Shown piece by piece: positions 38,074 through 47,352 of a DNA stretch of 64,000 nucleotides (positions are counted from its first letter, which is position 1; each line of letters begins with the position of its first letter). The stretch is from positions 4,299 through 68,298 of the forward strand of contig CAZREP010000002.1 in NCBI GenBank assembly GCA_964599035.1, written 5' to 3'. This DNA comes from an uncultured Terrimonas sp. (GTDB taxonomy: Bacteria > Bacteroidota > Bacteroidia > Chitinophagales > Chitinophagaceae). The notes below the pieces were generated by a model. That model was not told the origin of the DNA, did not search any database, and worked only from the letters and a program-made list of their open reading frames with translations. Both the position numbers and the translations under genes were made by a program.

Positions 38074-39219
38074 TTATTCTCCCGGCAGTGACCGTATGGC
38101 TTTTATGGCATCATCCCAGTCGGCGTAGCTCCATTTGTTCCTGATCGTTCCGTTTTGCAGCAGGTACAACGCAGGGTTAGTACGGGCTGCTGTTTTGATA
38201 GGCACCACATCACATTTTAAGAAGGTTATACCGGGCGTGCCATTAAAGTAGCCGCTGATCCCTTCTGCATTGTTCGTAATAACGAACAGGCTTATTCTTT
38301 GCTGCTGCAACGCAGGGTATAATGCTGCCAAACTTTCCAGCCATTTCCCTGTGCCGGGGTCATCCTTTATAAATAGGAATGCAATGTAACCCGGATCGGA
38401 AAGCACCTGCATGGTGGTATCATTGCCCGAGAGGGTGGTGAGCACAAAATCCTTGATGGCAGGTTCTGCGTTCCCTTTTCGGATCAGCTTGTCGTAACGT
38501 TTTACAAAATGATAAATGGAATCATCAAAGTCGTCCGGAAAGTTGTCGGAAGTAAATTCAACCGTGGCTCCGTCTTTTTCGTATACAAAGCTGATCACTG
38601 TGCTGTCTGGTATGGCGTTGGGTGGTATTTTCATCTTTTCGGGAATATTATTGCCTTTTTTAAAAGGCAGGCAATCGGCAATGGGCAAATGTTTCAATAC
38701 ATGCCATTGCAGCCCTATGCTGAAGATCACAGACAGGAAAATAATACCTGCGCTTCCTAATGAAGATAATGCAGGTTTGATCTTGTTTCGCCATGAAAAG
38801 ATAAGCAGGATCAGCAGTAGCAATACGATATCTTTTATAAAAGATGCTTTTGGGGTAAGGGGGATGCAATCGCCGAAGCATCCGCAGCTTCTGAATTTGC
38901 CCGACAGGTAAGCGTATCCTGTGAGGAATGTAAAGAAAATGATCAGCAGCAGTAAAAGCCAGCTGAATAAACGCATCTTCCATCCCACCAGCACCGCCAC
39001 ACCGGCTACAATTTCAAAAGCGATCATGATCACAGAGAAAGGCAGGGCATAATCGTTAAGGGCATGCATAAGCCCGGGCAACCAGCCGGATTGCGCCCAC
39101 ACTTCAAAAAATTCCTGCATTTTATAGGCAAGCCCTAAAGGGTCATTGGCTTTTACCAGCCCCGAGAAGATAAAAAGGATGCCAACAATGTACCTGGAAA
39201 CAGTAATGATTGATTTCAT
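38074..39219 (-). CDS. DoxX/MauE-family membrane protein with C-terminal thioredoxin-like domain
   Basis: FSGLVKANDPLG, CGCFGD and RTNPALYLL. Confidence 0.8.
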   Translation of the reverse strand: MKSIITVSRYIVGILFIFSGLVKANDPLGLAYKMQEFFEVWAQSGWLPGLMHALNDYALPFSVIMIAFEIVAGVAVLVGWKMRLFSWLLLLLIIFFTFLTGYAYLSGKFRSCGCFGDCIPLTPKASFIKDIVLLLLILLIFSWRNKIKPALSSLGSAGIIFLSVIFSIGLQWHVLKHLPIADCLPFKKGNNIPEKMKIPPNAIPDSTVISFVYEKDGATVEFTSDNFPDDFDDSIYHFVKRYDKLIRKGNAEPAIKDFVLTTLSGNDTTMQVLSDPGYIAFLFIKDDPGTGKWLESLAALYPALQQQRISLFVITNNAEGISGYFNGTPGITFLKCDVVPIKTAARTNPALYLLQNGTIRNKWSYADWDDAIKAIRSLPGE

Positions 39220-39259
39220 TTGTAAAATGGCTAAGAATAGTACATGGCTAAACTACAAT

Positions 39260-39287
39260 AAAAAAGCGAAGGGCTGGCTTCGCTTTT
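39260..39287 (-). terminator. Intrinsic terminator after the YegP-family gene
   Basis: AAAAGCGAAG-GGCTGG-CTTCGCTTTT. Confidence 0.8.
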
Positions 39288-39309
39288 CGTATGTTGTAAT
39301 GTATTGCTT

Positions 39310-39636
39310 TTATTCCTCCACCACAGGGGCGTCAGGTGCGTTGCTTTTTACGGAGGCAATACCATTGTCTCGGCCGGCTTCACTTTCGTACATCTGGCTC
39401 TTCCCTATTACCTGTCCATTGGAAGCTTTTAGGGTGAAATAAGGTTTCCCGTTAGTGGAGGTGAGCTTTTCATAGCGGGAATCATCACCTGCATTTTTCT
39501 TTACCGAATCAATCCCGTTTTGCCTGGCGGCAGAGGTGGTATAACCTTCGCTGCTGAGAATTACCTGCCCGTTGGTTGCCAGGAGGTTAAAATAAAATTG
39601 CCCGTCTTTTCCTGTTTTTGTCACGAATTTTCCCAT
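39310..39636 (-). CDS. YegP / DUF1508 family protein
   Basis: Two tandem repeats F.L.A.NGQVI..S..Y......NGI.SVK.NA. Confidence 0.92.
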   Translation of the reverse strand: MGKFVTKTGKDGQFYFNLLATNGQVILSSEGYTTSAARQNGIDSVKKNAGDDSRYEKLTSTNGKPYFTLKASNGQVIGKSQMYESEAGRDNGIASVKSNAPDAPVVEE

Positions 39637-39920
39637 GGTTTATTCTTTTTAATGAAATTCAATATACGTTTTTTTAAGATATCAGGTTATAAGAACCTTT
39701 TTAAAAATAATTTCGGGAATTATGTTATAAAGAACGACAGCCTGTGGCTCATTCCACATGGTGGCTATTCATCGTGTATGTTTTCTGTAACAGCAGGATC
39801 GGCAGCATTGCCGTATGTGATGATCCTGGATTGAATGACGAGTTGTCTGTTTTGTATTTCAACCGTTCCCATAGGTTCGAAATTGTATTATCGCATACGG
39901 ATAATGGGTTTATCTGCCTG

Positions 39921-41189
39921 TCATTTCCGGTCTTTATGCTGTTCCGCAAATGCGATGTACTGCTGCCAGTCGTACAACGTAATATCGTGCCTGCCCGACC
40001 GGGTGTGATATCCTATGGTTGCTCCTATCGGGGTATTTACTGAAGGCATCTCATTAACCGTTAGTCCCTGTAAATTGTAAAGTGCATACACCGGCTCCGC
40101 AGCTTTTGCCGAAAGAAATTCACCTTTGGGATCAGCCCATTTATCGTCTTCGGCACTGGCAATATACAGCGGCCGGGGAGCAATAAGCGCTAATAGCATA
40201 TGCTGATCAACGGGCAGCATTTCCGGATGATCATTATAGCTTTTATACCGGCCTATGAACCAGTGCGGGAAGCTGGTATTCAGGTTGCGTATGGTTTCGC
40301 CGAAGATCCTTCTGGAGAGTGCTGCGCCTCCTTCGCCGGAATTATTGGAGATCACGATAGCAAAGCGCCGGTCGTTGGCGCCTGCCCACAAAGCAGTTTT
40401 GCCCAGGCGGGAATGCCCGATCAGTATGGTGTGTTTGTCGTCTACCGCAGCGTCTGATTCCAGGTAATCCTGTATCCTGCTCAGTCCCCAGGCCCAGGCG
40501 CCTATTGCGCTCCAGTCATTGGTTGCGATATGCAGCGCATCTTTCATGGTGGTGCGCACACCTTCTTTCCATCCCTCTTTATCATCGGGCTCCAGGTCGT
40601 AGTAATGGGCAGTAGCCACACCATATCCCTTGCCTATAATTTCTTCGATCGGCCATCGTGAAGCCGAAGTGCCTCTCGCTGCTTCAATGGCTTCGCCGGG
40701 AGATACGCTGTCATCTTTCTTTCTGATGTACTTTGAGGGCCGGATCGCTTTATCTGCCGCAATGGTGTGGTTGCCGTTAAAGTTAAGACCGGCAAATACT
40801 GCTACGGGATGATCTGCTTTTGGCAGGTACAGCAGGAGATCCATTGAAGGGGTTTGATCACCCTCTGCAAAATAAATGGTGACCTGTTTCCGTATGGCTT
40901 TCCCGTTCAATGCGGCGGTATCCGTTTCCATAACTTTAAAATGCAGACCTGCAGGCCTGCCTGGTATTTTTCCATATACATGATCGGTGAACAGCTTTAC
41001 AATATAAGGTCTTTGCTTTGACTCCCATTCTTTAGCGGTAGTAATGGCTTTCCCTTTGGGGGAGATCAACGGATCGGGAAGAGTATAGGGAAGTACTCTC
41101 GACTCATCATAATTTGCAGGGGGCGCCTGGGCGCAGGAGATCGCCGAATATAATGTGGCAATCAGAAAGGAGAAGAAATGTCGTTTCAT
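39921..41189 (-). CDS. Carbohydrate esterase family 15-like (glucuronoyl esterase-like)
   Basis: Signal peptide, AWAWGLSR, GHSRLGK nucleophile motif, SGEGGAA, LIAPRP and WADPKGE. Start set at MKRHF. Confidence 0.85.
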   Translation of the reverse strand: MKRHFFSFLIATLYSAISCAQAPPANYDESRVLPYTLPDPLISPKGKAITTAKEWESKQRPYIVKLFTDHVYGKIPGRPAGLHFKVMETDTAALNGKAIRKQVTIYFAEGDQTPSMDLLLYLPKADHPVAVFAGLNFNGNHTIAADKAIRPSKYIRKKDDSVSPGEAIEAARGTSASRWPIEEIIGKGYGVATAHYYDLEPDDKEGWKEGVRTTMKDALHIATNDWSAIGAWAWGLSRIQDYLESDAAVDDKHTILIGHSRLGKTALWAGANDRRFAIVISNNSGEGGAALSRRIFGETIRNLNTSFPHWFIGRYKSYNDHPEMLPVDQHMLLALIAPRPLYIASAEDDKWADPKGEFLSAKAAEPVYALYNLQGLTVNEMPSVNTPIGATIGYHTRSGRHDITLYDWQQYIAFAEQHKDRK

Positions 41190-41250
41190 CTCAGAAAAAT
41201 AAGAAAAAAAACGAAGAAGTTTATAGTTGGGAAGTTTGAAGTTTGGACAA

Positions 41251-41320
41251 AGCACCAAAAACCAAATCACAAGAAGCAAATAAAAAATAAATCCCAAAAT
41301 CAGAAATCAACAAATCAGCA
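41251..41320. repeat. Periodic CAAAT/CACAA tract; inverted partner of 43671-43707
   Basis: 41251-41281 matches the reverse complement of 43677-43707 at 27/31 positions. Confidence 0.75.
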
Positions 41321-41366
41321 ATGGCTATGAGCCATCAGCAGTGCTCAAATTTCAAATTGGCACCTG

Positions 41367-41867
41367 TCAATGACAACCACAGCTTCCACCACAATTGTGA
41401 TCATGATGATGGACATGGCCGTGCGATAATTCTTCAGGAGTAGGCTGCCTGATATTTTTTATGGTAACGCTGTAGTGTAAAGTCCTTCCCGCGAGCGGGT
41501 GATTGCCGTCGAGGATAATTTTATCACCGTCTATATCGGTAACGATCAATTCCTGCCCGTCCGATGATTGCACCATTGTTCCCAACTGTACCTGCTCCGC
41601 GCCTTCGGGGAATTGTGTACGGCTTACTTCAAAAACCAGTTGGGGGTCAAATTCGCCGTAGGCCTCACCGGGCGTTAATGTTACCTTTTTTTCTGCTGCT
41701 ATCTGCAAGCCCGTGAGGGCATTTTCCAGGCTTTGCAAAATATTGCCATGACCGTGCAGATACTCCAGAGGCTCCAATCCGTCGTTGCTGTCAACCACTT
41801 CGCCTGTTTCATCGGTAGCATTATATTCAATGCTTATTATCTTGTCTTTTTCAACCACCATTGTCAT
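41367..41867 (-). CDS. slyD: FKBP-type peptidyl-prolyl isomerase, SlyD-like
   Basis: YLHGHGN, PGEAYG, DGNHPLAG and a His/Cys-rich tail. Confidence 0.9.
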   Translation of the reverse strand: MTMVVEKDKIISIEYNATDETGEVVDSNDGLEPLEYLHGHGNILQSLENALTGLQIAAEKKVTLTPGEAYGEFDPQLVFEVSRTQFPEGAEQVQLGTMVQSSDGQELIVTDIDGDKIILDGNHPLAGRTLHYSVTIKNIRQPTPEELSHGHVHHHDHNCGGSCGCH

Positions 41868-41928
41868 TGATTTTTCTTATGATAAACTTTTATAAAGATA
41901 AGCCCACGAACGGATATTCCCAGCAATA

Positions 41929-42447
41929 TCAGTGTGCGGCAACGGGAAATGTAAGTTTCCGTGCAAGCCAGCTATCCTTCACTTTAATAAGCCAGTTATC
42001 TTCGAGGTCTTTTCTGGTTAACACCGTATTATTGAAGTAGAGCGTGTCGGCAGTGATAAAATTATTTTCAACTGCAGAAGCCAACTCCCTCATAGGTAGT
42101 GTTTGTATTTCATCATTGATCACAAAAGCTAAAGTTTGCCTGTCGAACAAAGAAATGCCAAACTGTGTTTCCATTTTCTTGATGAACCTTTGCATGCTGT
42201 CTGTGCTGCATCCGCCAACGTGTGTATGCGTATCATCTGCCATCAGTATAATGAACCGGTTGAAAAAGACAGCCGCGAAATTTTTAACGTCTGCACCGTG
42301 GGAAAGCCATTGCTTTGAAAAGTCGTTCAGCATGTTTTCAACTTCCGGTAGTTCCGCCGGGGTAAATAGATTACTGCTCTGGAATATCCATACCCTGGAT
42401 GCCGGATCGTAGCCCGCAGGTAGTAGGTGCCTGTATTCTGTATTCAT
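41929..42447 (-). CDS. Conserved hypothetical protein (Bacteroidota)
   Basis: SRVWIFQS, WLSHG, GGCSTD, FNNTV and SWL. TATTTTTG at 42452-42459 lies 4 nt before the ATG, suggesting a leaderless transcript. Confidence 0.8.
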   Translation of the reverse strand: MNTEYRHLLPAGYDPASRVWIFQSSNLFTPAELPEVENMLNDFSKQWLSHGADVKNFAAVFFNRFIILMADDTHTHVGGCSTDSMQRFIKKMETQFGISLFDRQTLAFVINDEIQTLPMRELASAVENNFITADTLYFNNTVLTRKDLEDNWLIKVKDSWLARKLTFPVAAH

Positions 42448-42510
42448 GCTGCAAAAATAAAGGATATGCACGGAAAAAGAGCGCCGGGGGATTGCTTGGA
42501 GCAATTGTAG

Positions 42511-42570
42511 TGTTGTGTTAACCCTGATTTGCCGGGTGAGTTGTCTCACAGATCCCACAGATGATCACAG
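42511..42570 (+). repeat. Dispersed 43-bp repeat, copy 2, with CACAGAT iterations
   Basis: 39/43 identical to 7526-7568, followed by CCCACAGATGATCACAG. Confidence 0.85.
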
Positions 42571-42598
42571 AAACACTATCTGTATACCAAAATGAGCG

Positions 42599-43468
42599 TT
42601 ATGTGCCATTGTAATATTCCCACAGGATTGCGGAGATCTTTTTTGTTATTATCCACGCTTCATTATCCTCATTCCAGCGATGGTCTTTATTGTTTTTAGT
42701 AAATATGCTGAAGATATAAGGCGTTTTTTTACCGTTTACATACAGCACCTCATTGCGTGTGGCATCAAGGGCGCCGGTTTTGTCGGCTGTAAACACGCCC
42801 GCCGGGATCTGTGACAGTGCCTGCTTGTCCCAGTACTGCCGGCTTAATAAACGGAGCATTTGATCGCTGGCGGATTTGCTATATATCTCGCCGCGAACGA
42901 TCTTTTCCATCACGCCGGCTATTTCACGGGGAGTGGATTGCCCCCAGCCGTATATCCGCCTGTTTGCTTCACGTCCGGGAGTCCGGCTGTTTACCCTTGT
43001 TACAATGCAACCAAGACTGTCCATGATCTCGTTGATCCTTGTTCCTGAACCTGCCAGCGCTTGCAGCCAAAGGCTGGCGCAGTTATCGCTGATGGTGATC
43101 ATCAGCATCATCACTTTTCCCAGCTCAATAGTGGCGCTGTCTTTAAAGCGGGAAAGTATGTCGTCGCCTTCGTCGTAGAAAAGTGAGTCCCTGTACATCA
43201 GCCGCTGTGTATAGCTCAGTTCGCCCGTTTCAATTTTTTGCATGACGCCCAGCAGGATAGGGATCTTAACAATGCTGGCAGTGGGGAACAACGTGTCGGC
43301 ATTGATATATGCTACCTTATTGTGTTTCAGATCGTGTACGTATATGCCTATATCGCCATTGAAACCTTTAACGGCTTCCGTAAGGCGGCTTTGCAATTTT
43401 TTGTCCGTTTGCTGTGCGCCGGCAGAAGCGATACATAAAGCAAATAAAACGGTGACGGCAATTTTCAT
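42599..43468 (-). CDS. Serine hydrolase, class A beta-lactamase-like fold
   Basis: Signal peptide, SIVK (SxxK), SDN and KTG. Confidence 0.88.
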   Translation of the reverse strand: MKIAVTVLFALCIASAGAQQTDKKLQSRLTEAVKGFNGDIGIYVHDLKHNKVAYINADTLFPTASIVKIPILLGVMQKIETGELSYTQRLMYRDSLFYDEGDDILSRFKDSATIELGKVMMLMITISDNCASLWLQALAGSGTRINEIMDSLGCIVTRVNSRTPGREANRRIYGWGQSTPREIAGVMEKIVRGEIYSKSASDQMLRLLSRQYWDKQALSQIPAGVFTADKTGALDATRNEVLYVNGKKTPYIFSIFTKNNKDHRWNEDNEAWIITKKISAILWEYYNGT

Positions 43469-43563
43469 AGGATGAATGTAATATATTTTGAGGAAAGATC
43501 CGGTGGTAAAGGATTACACGTAAGGGCTGTTCAAGCTAAAGGAAATATGATTCTGTATTTAAC

Positions 43564-43707
43564 CACAAAGTGCGCAAAGAATGCACAAAGTGGCACAAAG
43601 AATACTCCGGCATACCTTTTCATCTTTGTGTGTATCTTTTTGAATTTCAGCGCTGAAAATTTATTTGATTTTTGTGATTTGTTTTTTGTGATTTGTTTTT
43701 TGTTGCT
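43564..43707. repeat. CACAAAG iterations plus TTGTGATTTG tract
   Basis: Four CACAAAG-like units (43564-43600), inverted CTTTGTG (43624-43630), and a 14-nt periodic TTTTGTGATTTGTT tract (43670-43707). Confidence 0.7.
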
Positions 43708-43742
43708 TCCTTTTACCCTGAAACATAGCTATAACAACACCC

Positions 43743-44741
43743 TCATTTTTTATTCGGTTGATGCATCATCAGCGCTTCGATTTCCGCCCTTACCTTTTCA
43801 GGTGGCAGAAGCGCTACCAGATAAGACTGTTTCCCTTTGGGATCATCTTTCCATTCATTGTTGCCGCCGTTGAGCACAATATGGCCCCGTTGGATTTTAT
43901 AATAAGGAGAAACACCTCTCACCGCTACCAGCACGGCGGTCTGATCCCAGCTCATGCGCCCGTTGTGGTCGCTTTCACGATAGGACATGGCTTTGGCAAA
44001 AGCATCTTTTACCGGGCTATTGGTGATCGATTCGTCAGTAGTAAGTTGTTTGCCGGTAATGATTTTTTGCCCGATCTCAAAACCACTGTACAAAACAGGA
44101 GTAGGCCAGTTCATGAACACTTTTTCGGATGCAGCAGAGTCAATGAAAACATTGTATTCCCGTCCTGCCGGGAATTTTCCTGCCATGGACACCAGTTGCT
44201 TCACCTTTTTAGCCACGAGCGTCCTGCCATTTAATTTTGAATACCGGTCGGGCGGAGAATCCAGGAGCCTGGCAAGATTGGTTAAAAAGCCTACCGTAAC
44301 AATAGTGACACTTTTATTGGGCTGGGCAGCCAGCAGTTTTCTGTACAGCTCCACGGCATCCGGTATCTCTTCTGTGCTTTTGATCGTATGCGGATACCGG
44401 CTTACCAGCAGTTCCGGCCATTGTTGCACTGCACCATGATCCGGAGCATCAGCAGCTTTTGGCGCGCCTATAGGCAAACCGGGGCGGCCAAAGTAGATGT
44501 TCAGGAGATTAATAGTGGGAGCCACGAGCTTATTTTTGTTGCTGGCAATAACAGCCAGTGGCTTTGCTTCTCCCTTATCGGACAGGGCATGCAATACTGC
44601 CACGGCGCCTACATCATCATAATCAGGACCTATATCGGTGTCGAGGATAATGGGAACGAGCCTGGGAACTTTGGATTGGGCATGCACTGCTGCACAACCC
44701 GCACTTAAAAATGCAACAATAATCAACATCTGTTTTTGCAT
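43743..44741 (-). CDS. Secreted nucleoside hydrolase-like protein (IU-NH fold)
   Basis: Signal peptide, IILDTDIGPDYDDVGA, VGFLTNL, EYNV and SWDQ. Confidence 0.85.
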   Translation of the reverse strand: MQKQMLIIVAFLSAGCAAVHAQSKVPRLVPIILDTDIGPDYDDVGAVAVLHALSDKGEAKPLAVIASNKNKLVAPTINLLNIYFGRPGLPIGAPKAADAPDHGAVQQWPELLVSRYPHTIKSTEEIPDAVELYRKLLAAQPNKSVTIVTVGFLTNLARLLDSPPDRYSKLNGRTLVAKKVKQLVSMAGKFPAGREYNVFIDSAASEKVFMNWPTPVLYSGFEIGQKIITGKQLTTDESITNSPVKDAFAKAMSYRESDHNGRMSWDQTAVLVAVRGVSPYYKIQRGHIVLNGGNNEWKDDPKGKQSYLVALLPPEKVRAEIEALMMHQPNKK

Positions 44742-44974
44742 AATCGTAGATATTTAAATGTTGATATTATCAATACCTTCCGGGAACAGCCGGTACGTTT
44801 TACTTATCACGTGAAAATAAACTTTAACTTTCAAAGTTGAACGGTTGCAATGTGAAGGTCATGACCTCGAATAGTAGTAAACCTTTCTTGGCAGGGAGGC
44901 ATATTATTTGTATTATTGAGATACCAGTACTTGATAACTGACCGTTTTCAATTCTATAGTCTCTTCCAGTGCGG

Positions 44975-44982
44975 CAAAGATA
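44975..44982 (-). promoter_or_regulatory. -7 promoter element upstream of the nucleoside hydrolase gene
   Basis: TATCTTTG on the minus strand about 230 nt upstream of the ATG. Confidence 0.5.
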
Positions 44983-45001
44983 TGGCGAAAGATTGATTGT
45001 C

Positions 45002-46399
45002 TCAGTCTTCTATTTTGATCAAAAAAATCTGTACAAAACTCCCCTGTTGATCGGAGACATATTTATTGTAGGCTATTAGTTTACCATTATTAGAAAAGAC
45101 CGGGGCGCCAACCGGTTTATTCTTATTATCCGCCGGTGGTGTTATGGGTCTTGTTTCTCCTGTTTTCAAATTGGTAATCAATATCCTGTTGTCTGCACAA
45201 TAAGCAACCCATTTACCATCTGGACTGAAATTAAAAGGGCCTTGTACTGAAGAGTTATTATGTGTGAGTTGTTTTATTTCGCCGCCGTTCGGACTCACGC
45301 CAAAAATTTGTATAAGACCATAGGTATCAGGGGAAAGAAAACCAATAGTGCCGCCATCGGGTGTTGTGCGAAGCCAGAAACGCGGACCAGATAACCCTGC
45401 GTCAGTATATGTGATTCTCCGTATTGAAATCCCTGATGGAATGTTTGGACGGGTTTTAATTGTGCCCTCTATAGCTACTCCTTTTGTTTGCCGAAGAATA
45501 TCATCCGGGAGGTCTGCAACAAATACCTCTGTTATCGTTCTGCCTTCCTTGTTATGGGTATTACCCTGGAAAGCAATTGCCTTTGCCTGCCTTTTACCAT
45601 CGCTGTGTATATAACCGTTTTTACCGATCCACCCTTCATCAAAAGCTTTGTCAATATTATCTGAGCCGGGTAAAGGATTTTCAGTAACCGGAACAACCAG
45701 CACGGAAAACATATTGCCGGAGTGGTTCTCCATTGTAGAATCTTCTGCCACCTGTACTGGTCCGGCAACCATCACCCCGATGGTCCTGAGGTCTTTTACG
45801 GTGCTGTCTGTTTTAGAAAGTTGCTCAATAATAAAATCATTATACGTAAAGCTTATCCACTTCCCATCGCCGCTCCATGTGTGCGCATGTGTACCACCTC
45901 GTAATGCGCCGGGTGTAAAAGGCGGCGTAATGTCACGGGCATCCATAAATATCGGTTCAAAGGGATGCTGTATATCAATAGCTACTCCTGTTCTGCGGGT
46001 GAACCCGTAAGGATTTTTCTTTGAAGCGTTCCTGATGCCGTGGATAAACAATACTTTGTTTTCCCGGGGAGAAAATGTTACAGCTCCCACACCGGGGCCA
46101 TATTCCGTTTGATCTGTTGTACGATACAGTGATCTGATCTCCTTTGTTTTTATATTGACCATGCCTACGGAACCGGTACTACCAATGGCATTTTCATTGT
46201 TCCGGCTGTCAAATACTATCCATTCATTATTTGGAGAAAAAACCTGCGTGTTATGAATGGTATGGCCCTCATGATCAGCAGTTAGCTGTATCTCTTTGTA
46301 TTGCATAAGATCACCATTGTAATTGCAGCCGGAACAGGTTGCCACCAAAAGCAGGCTGCTGAATATCATATTCCTGTTGAAGGGCCTGCTCAATTTCAT
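45002..46399 (-). CDS. DUF3748 / YidR-like TolB-type beta-propeller protein
   Basis: FSPNNEWIVFD, PGALRGGTHAHTWSGDG and FSPDGKW repeats; signal or lipoprotein N terminus. ATGA overlap with the aldolase gene. Confidence 0.8.
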   Translation of the reverse strand: MKLSRPFNRNMIFSSLLLVATCSGCNYNGDLMQYKEIQLTADHEGHTIHNTQVFSPNNEWIVFDSRNNENAIGSTGSVGMVNIKTKEIRSLYRTTDQTEYGPGVGAVTFSPRENKVLFIHGIRNASKKNPYGFTRRTGVAIDIQHPFEPIFMDARDITPPFTPGALRGGTHAHTWSGDGKWISFTYNDFIIEQLSKTDSTVKDLRTIGVMVAGPVQVAEDSTMENHSGNMFSVLVVPVTENPLPGSDNIDKAFDEGWIGKNGYIHSDGKRQAKAIAFQGNTHNKEGRTITEVFVADLPDDILRQTKGVAIEGTIKTRPNIPSGISIRRITYTDAGLSGPRFWLRTTPDGGTIGFLSPDTYGLIQIFGVSPNGGEIKQLTHNNSSVQGPFNFSPDGKWVAYCADNRILITNLKTGETRPITPPADNKNKPVGAPVFSNNGKLIAYNKYVSDQQGSFVQIFLIKIED

Positions 46400-47328
46400 A
46401 CACGGGTATTGTTACTGAGCATTTGTTTAACCTTGTCCACACTTTTTCTTATTGCATCAGATTCTTCATTGTTGAAGTTGTGATGCAACGGCAACGCCAT
46501 GATATTACTGGTAATCTCCATTACCGATAAAACTTTTTTTATTCCTTTCAGGAAACGGTAGCCACCGTCACCCTGGCTGTAGATCACCGATGAAATTTCC
46601 ATGACAGCCTGCTGTAGGTAGCGTACCACTTTCAAATCACCCTCAGCGGCAGCCTTATACAAACGCACAAATAAATGAGGAAACATATTGGAGCCTGAAT
46701 TTACACCTCCGTTACCTCCCAGCAGCACAGCCTGTGCCATCATTTCATCAGGCCCTACAAAAACAGAAAAGTTCGGGTTATCTTTTAAAAGATAGAGTAG
46801 CGTATTGAAATAAGGGCTAATACCTGAGCTGTCCTTTATACCCGGGATGTTTGGATGCTTTGAGAGCGCAGCCACGGTAGAAGGTTCAATCATAATCTTT
46901 GTTTGAGCCGGCATGTTATACATAAACACAGGTAAAGCAGATCTATCGGCAAGGCTGTTGTAATAAACTGTCAGCTCAGGCTGTGTTAAAGTGAAATAAA
47001 AAGGAGGAGCAGCCACAACCGCAGATGCACCCGCATTTTTTGAAAAAGAGGCAAGCGCAATACTCTCTGCGGGTGAAGGATCTGTTATACCAACAAATAA
47101 CGGAACACGACCGCCAATATACCCGGCGCTAAGCGATACCAGCTCCTGCTTTAGCTTGTTAGGTAAGCTGGTTGCCTCTCCTGTAGTGCCTAAAACAAAT
47201 ATACCATTTACACCACCGTCAATAAGGTGTTCAATGATTTCTTTTAATCCTTCTTTGTCAATCGCCTCATCATTTAAAAGCGGGGTTATCATAGGGGTTA
47301 TAATACCATTCACGGCTGATCTCATCAT
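46396..47328 (-). CDS. DHDPS/NanA-family class I aldolase
   Basis: GIITPMITP, LGTTGE, PPFYF, YNMP and GIKDSSG (Schiff-base Lys). Confidence 0.9.
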   Translation of the reverse strand: MMRSAVNGIITPMITPLLNDEAIDKEGLKEIIEHLIDGGVNGIFVLGTTGEATSLPNKLKQELVSLSAGYIGGRVPLFVGITDPSPAESIALASFSKNAGASAVVAAPPFYFTLTQPELTVYYNSLADRSALPVFMYNMPAQTKIMIEPSTVAALSKHPNIPGIKDSSGISPYFNTLLYLLKDNPNFSVFVGPDEMMAQAVLLGGNGGVNSGSNMFPHLFVRLYKAAAEGDLKVVRYLQQAVMEISSVIYSQGDGGYRFLKGIKKVLSVMEITSNIMALPLHHNFNNEESDAIRKSVDKVKQMLSNNTRV

Positions 47329-47352
47329 TTTAAATTTTTAAGTAATTATTCT

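Noticed and set aside
39744..40043. Small ORFs between the YegP-family gene and the CE15 gene
   Set aside because: No motifs, and they overlap each other and the esterase; cannot be supported.
41190..41297. N-terminal ORF extensions from the ORF track (also sdhB, sdhC, 42448-42558, rbsK and araC)
   Set aside because: They run through repeat tracts or promoter elements; downstream ATGs give typical N termini.
42599..43468. Antibiotic-resistance beta-lactamase
   Set aside because: The Glu166 motif is not evident and the context is housekeeping.
46396..47328. dapA or canonical nanA
   Set aside because: The catabolic PUL context argues against dapA. The GIKDSSG motif and absence of nanE/nagAB do not support a confident nanA call.
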